Below are positions 60,806 to 64,000 of a stretch of 64,000 bases of DNA, piece by piece. Position 1 is the stretch's first letter; every line of letters begins with the position of its first letter. Under the pieces are notes generated by a model. It made no database searches, was not told where the DNA came from, and worked only from the letters and a program-made list of their open reading frames with translations. A program made the translations under genes and the position numbers. Source of the stretch: Dehalococcoidia bacterium (GTDB lineage: Bacteria; Chloroflexota; Dehalococcoidia; Lucifugimonadales; UBA3495); contig CBDCPM010000003.1 of the NCBI GenBank assembly GCA_965220265.1, positions 23,673-87,672 of the forward strand. Reading direction: 5' to 3'.

Positions 60806-61279
60806 ATGAAATGGAAAGAACTCATCGCCCTGGCGCGGGAGATGGCGGCAACTCCGCTGTCTGACTGTCTCCACCAAACTAAGCTTCGTCTCGCGGTCGG
60901 CACTGTCTATTACGCCGTGTACCACGCCCTGGCCCGCAGCAACGCGGACCTGCTGGTGGAGCCGTCAGAAACGGAGGGCAGCGCGTCGGAGTGGAGCCGA
61001 GTCTACGCGGCCCTGGGCGGCGACTCGGCACATGAACTGATGCAGGCCGACTTTGCCAAGCACCCCGAGGCGGTCAGGCTTTTCGCCGATACCTTTCTCG
61101 CCGTGCACCACCAGCGGCTGCTGGCCGAGGAGGACCCGGTGGTCACTTTCTCCGCCGCCGAGGCCGAGGATTGGATCCAGCGATCGGAGATAGCCATTGC
61201 CGAGTTCCTTTCCGTTGAGCCCGAACAACGCCGAGCCTTTGCCCTGGAGTTGCTGCCGGTCCAGCACTCGGAGAAATAG
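60806..61279 (+). CDS. HEPN-like four-helix protein (no clear R-x4-6-H)
   Basis: GGAGG lies 8 nt before the ATG. LAVGTVYYAVYHALARSNADLL resembles the first HEPN helix pair (xRAYYAxFHAAxALL). Confidence 0.45.
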   Translation: MKWKELIALAREMAATPLSDCLHQTKLRLAVGTVYYAVYHALARSNADLLVEPSETEGSASEWSRVYAALGGDSAHELMQADFAKHPEAVRLFADTFLAVHHQRLLAEEDPVVTFSAAEAEDWIQRSEIAIAEFLSVEPEQRRAFALELLPVQHSEK

Positions 61280-61299
61280 CCGTCGTCGGCAGGCTGTGG

Positions 61300-63990
61300 T
61301 CATGCGGTGAGGTCGACCGGCGCCCAGCCGTCGCCACGGTAGCGCCAGGCATGGCGAGGTCCCTGGCCGAGGATGACCACATCCCTGCAACCGGAGCCCA
61401 GTATCCGCTGGGCCACGTCCATGGGAAACTCGCTCACCGGCTTGACCTCCGCGTAGGCCTCCACGCCGTTCAATACCAGCCGGAAATCGGGCGTCCAGCC
61501 GTCGCGGCGAACCGGCTCGTACTCCCAGACGATCCCGCGGTTATCGAAGTACGCCGCCCAGCGGGCCTCCAGCTGGCTGCGGAAGGTGACGCCGCCGTAC
61601 TCGGTGATGACGGGGGTCTGCTCGGGACTCAGAGTGTTTGGCGCCACGGCAACCGCCCACCGGTGCAGCGCGGTTGCGGTTTCCTCCCGCAGCAGCCGAT
61701 CCCGCTCCGAACGCTGGCCCGGCTGTCGGGCGATCTCCAGGAGCGCCTGGGTGTATTGGCCCAGGTTGTCGGCGATGGCCTTTGATAATCCCAGGCCGCC
61801 GCCCACCTTGTCCCAGATGACGATGGCGCGGTGTACCTCGCTGCTGTGCCCGTCGCGAACCACCTGGACGTTCTGGTGCGTGGTGCGGATGTCGGCGGGA
61901 TGGATCGATTCCCGGCTGCACATCACCGTCCGGAGGACCCGGGCCACGTCCCGGCGTGTGTTGGCGTCGTCGAACCAGTCCTCCCAGATGATGATCACCG
62001 TCGCCGTGGTGCGCAGGTTGGAAACCACTTCAGGGATGCCCTCGGTGCTGTAATTGACATCCCGCCATTCGGCGTCGCCGGGTTCCCGTATGGAGCAGCC
62101 GATGATGCGCTCCCAGGCCACGGCCTGGGCGTGGGTGCAGTACTCCAGGTGTCCCAGCGCAGACACACGGGGCTGCTGCAGGGTGACGGTGGCCCCGCTG
62201 CGGGTGATGGGCCGGGTCTCCCGCGGCGGAGCGTGACGCGCCGTGATCACCGTTTCGCCGCCCGACTCCCGCCAGGCCAGGATGGAATAGGACTGCTTGG
62301 CGTGGAAGTAAGTGGCCAGCGGGTAGGCGTCCCGCGCCGCCTCCCGGCGGGTCACCTCGCTGGTCAGCAGCTCCATCTCACCACCGGGCATCAGCTGCAC
62401 GATGCGGGCCCGACCATCGGCAGCGTCGCGGATGTCGTTGCGGTGGGGCTGCTGGGGGTCCCCGGTCTGGAACTCCGGCGCGTAGTGGTCGCCCCGGGCG
62501 ATCTCCCGGAGCGTCTGGGGCAGCTGCTCCGGCCAGGCGTCGGTGGGCGACGGGATGGCGCGCTCCATGCCGTTGAGGTCCGTTTCCTTGGCCAGGCAGC
62601 GGCCGTGGGTGTTCTTGATGTTGGGATTGGACGGATAGAGCCGGGCCGGCTCCACGGGCTGCTCCCAGTACGCCGCCAGGCTGTCCTCGTGGAACTGGAA
62701 GGCATGGCGCGGCGCCACGATGATGAACCGCCCCGGGCCGGTGCGTCCCACCCGTCCGGCCCGCTGCCTGAGGCGTCCCACCGAGTGGGGCAACCCCAGG
62801 TTGAAGCCCACCTGCAGGTCGGGGATGTCGATGCCCAGCTCCATGGCGCTGGTGCTGGCCAGTCCACGAATGTCTCCGGCCCGCAGGGCCTCCTCGATGC
62901 GCTCCCTACGCATCAGGCCCGACCGGTAAGCCATGGCGTCTCTGGACTCCACGATGATGGCATCCTCGGTGATGCTGCGGGCCGCCTCGATGCCCGCCGC
63001 GGCGCGTTCCGCCAGCTGCCGGTCGTCGATGAAGGCGATGTACGACCGGTCGGGATCCTCGCTGATCACCTCCCGCACCGCGGCCTGCAGGTCCCGCCAG
63101 CCCTCGTCATGGGGCTCCCGGCCGACGACGTGCTGCACGGTCAGATCGGCCCGGGGACTGCCGTTGTAGCGGTCGTCCACCACCTGGAACGGCAGGCCGG
63201 TGAGGGTCTCGAGGTGCTGGGCCGGGTTGTGGATGGTGGCGCTGGCCGCGATCATTCGCAGCGGCTCGAACTGCGACATCAACTCCCTGCGCTTCTGCTG
63301 CAGCCGGTGCAGCAGGTAGAGGCAGTGGGTTCCCAAAGCGCCGTCATAGGTGTGAGCCTCGTCCAGGATCAGGAACGCCAGGTTGGACAGGAAGCGGCGC
63401 ACGTTGTACTGGGTGTTCTGCACTTCTCTCAGGTCGTGGCGCAGGGGCCGTTTGCCGTAGAGGGGCTCCGAGTAGGCCATCAGCCACTGCTGGATCACGT
63501 CGGGGGTCATCAGGGCCAACCGGGTGCGCTGCAGGATCTGCCGCCGCTCGGTGAGGTCGCGGACGTCGCCGTCGATCCGGTTGATGCTCTCGGGGTCCAG
63601 TCCGGTGGCCTCCGCCAGGTTCCGCCAGCGGACGACCTGGTCCCGGGCCAGCGCCTTGATGGGATAGATGGCAATGGCCGTGGCGTTGGGATGGGTAGCC
63701 AGGTGGTGCAGGGTGGGCGCCTGGAAGACCAGGGACTTGCCGCTGGCGGTACCAGTGCTGATCACCAGGTTGTGACCCTGGCCGAACAGCTCCAGCCCCA
63801 TGGCTTGGTGCAGGTAGAGCTGACCGCCGCCCGTCTGGGTTTTCACCTCAGGCCAGACGGGACTGGCGCTCAGCCAGGCGGGCGCGTCGCCGTGGCGGGC
63901 CCCTTGGCCGGGGATGGTAATCTCGCTGTGAATGTCCATGTGACCCGGTCGGGTCAAACCCCGTGCGCTTCGTTGATGCGGTCGCAGCAC
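61300..63990 (-). CDS. DEAD/DEAH-box helicase fused to a DUF1998-like domain and a C-terminal PD-(D/E)xK nuclease domain
   Basis: STGTASGKSLVF (motif I), ILDEAHTYDG (II), AASATI (III), RQRAGRVGR (VI). The middle AYPLATYFHAKQSYSILAW is like the MrfA/YprA DUF1998 core but lacks the Cys cluster. C-terminus is FRSQLEARWAAYFD...WTPDFRLV...AYAEVKP. The start is GTG 63990 or ATG 63939, close to the window edge. Confidence 0.8.
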   Translation of the reverse strand: MLRPHQRSARGLTRPGHMDIHSEITIPGQGARHGDAPAWLSASPVWPEVKTQTGGGQLYLHQAMGLELFGQGHNLVISTGTASGKSLVFQAPTLHHLATHPNATAIAIYPIKALARDQVVRWRNLAEATGLDPESINRIDGDVRDLTERRQILQRTRLALMTPDVIQQWLMAYSEPLYGKRPLRHDLREVQNTQYNVRRFLSNLAFLILDEAHTYDGALGTHCLYLLHRLQQKRRELMSQFEPLRMIAASATIHNPAQHLETLTGLPFQVVDDRYNGSPRADLTVQHVVGREPHDEGWRDLQAAVREVISEDPDRSYIAFIDDRQLAERAAAGIEAARSITEDAIIVESRDAMAYRSGLMRRERIEEALRAGDIRGLASTSAMELGIDIPDLQVGFNLGLPHSVGRLRQRAGRVGRTGPGRFIIVAPRHAFQFHEDSLAAYWEQPVEPARLYPSNPNIKNTHGRCLAKETDLNGMERAIPSPTDAWPEQLPQTLREIARGDHYAPEFQTGDPQQPHRNDIRDAADGRARIVQLMPGGEMELLTSEVTRREAARDAYPLATYFHAKQSYSILAWRESGGETVITARHAPPRETRPITRSGATVTLQQPRVSALGHLEYCTHAQAVAWERIIGCSIREPGDAEWRDVNYSTEGIPEVVSNLRTTATVIIIWEDWFDDANTRRDVARVLRTVMCSRESIHPADIRTTHQNVQVVRDGHSSEVHRAIVIWDKVGGGLGLSKAIADNLGQYTQALLEIARQPGQRSERDRLLREETATALHRWAVAVAPNTLSPEQTPVITEYGGVTFRSQLEARWAAYFDNRGIVWEYEPVRRDGWTPDFRLVLNGVEAYAEVKPVSEFPMDVAQRILGSGCRDVVILGQGPRHAWRYRGDGWAPVDLTA

Positions 63991-64000
63991 GTCGGCCCGC

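Overview
GC-rich bacterial DNA with a few sharply lower-GC islands. I saw no rRNA, tRNA or CRISPR array. All family names come from motif recognition by eye, not from searches. The window is a mosaic.
(1) 1-4.0 kb: an acyl-CoA operon on the minus strand (fused double family-III CoA-transferase, thiolase-like protein, DUF35-type protein).
(2) 4.0-9.1 kb: a graveyard of mobile elements. It holds a Tn3-family remnant with an intact resolvase, a frameshifted IS1380 transposase, and two abutting IS5-family elements that share TTA target copies.
(3) 9.1-33.1 kb: a surface-glycan island. It has Ugd, a priming sugar transferase, GT2, a GT-B transferase, a Wzx flippase, a Wzy/O-antigen-ligase-like protein and UppP. 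It also has APS kinase CysC and four sulfotransferases, three of them close paralogues, which suggests a sulfated polysaccharide. A 2392-aa secreted FN3/propeller-repeat protein and a one-polypeptide two-component system are embedded in it.
(4) 33.1-35.7 kb: decayed fragments, including a TnpB pseudogene.
(5) 35.7-39.6 kb: a tandemly repeated, differentially decayed module (small protein / PD-(D/E)xK-like protein / wHTH-HNH nuclease).
(6) 39.6-47.0 kb: a plasmid-type backbone. It has a 5-unit iteron array, an RHH protein, a Toprim primase-like protein, a RepA/AAA_25-type helicase, a 520-aa unknown protein (candidate initiator), and ParA plus an RHH partner with repeated GGTGCA sites.
(7) 47.4-52.3 kb: a NERD nuclease / compact UvrD helicase / degenerate NERD paralogue cluster, with a decayed second copy.
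(8) 52.5-56.7 kb: an orphan operon with a 1187-aa all-helical protein.
(9) 57.2-58.7 kb: a Cre-like tyrosine recombinase coupled to a small HTH gene, next to a very AT-rich island.
(10) 58.7-64 kb: a degenerate DNA-methyltransferase homologue, VapBC, a HEPN-like protein, and a DEAD/DEAH helicase fused to a DUF1998-like domain and a PD-(D/E)xK nuclease.
The backbone genes, resolvase/recombinase, toxin-antitoxin pair and insertion sequences suggest a (mega)plasmid or an integrated plasmid-like element. The best candidates for an undescribed system are the 1187-aa operon, the NERD/UvrD/NERD-like module, the triplicated small/PD-(D/E)xK/HNH module, and the propeller-repeat giant protein tied to the sulfation genes.
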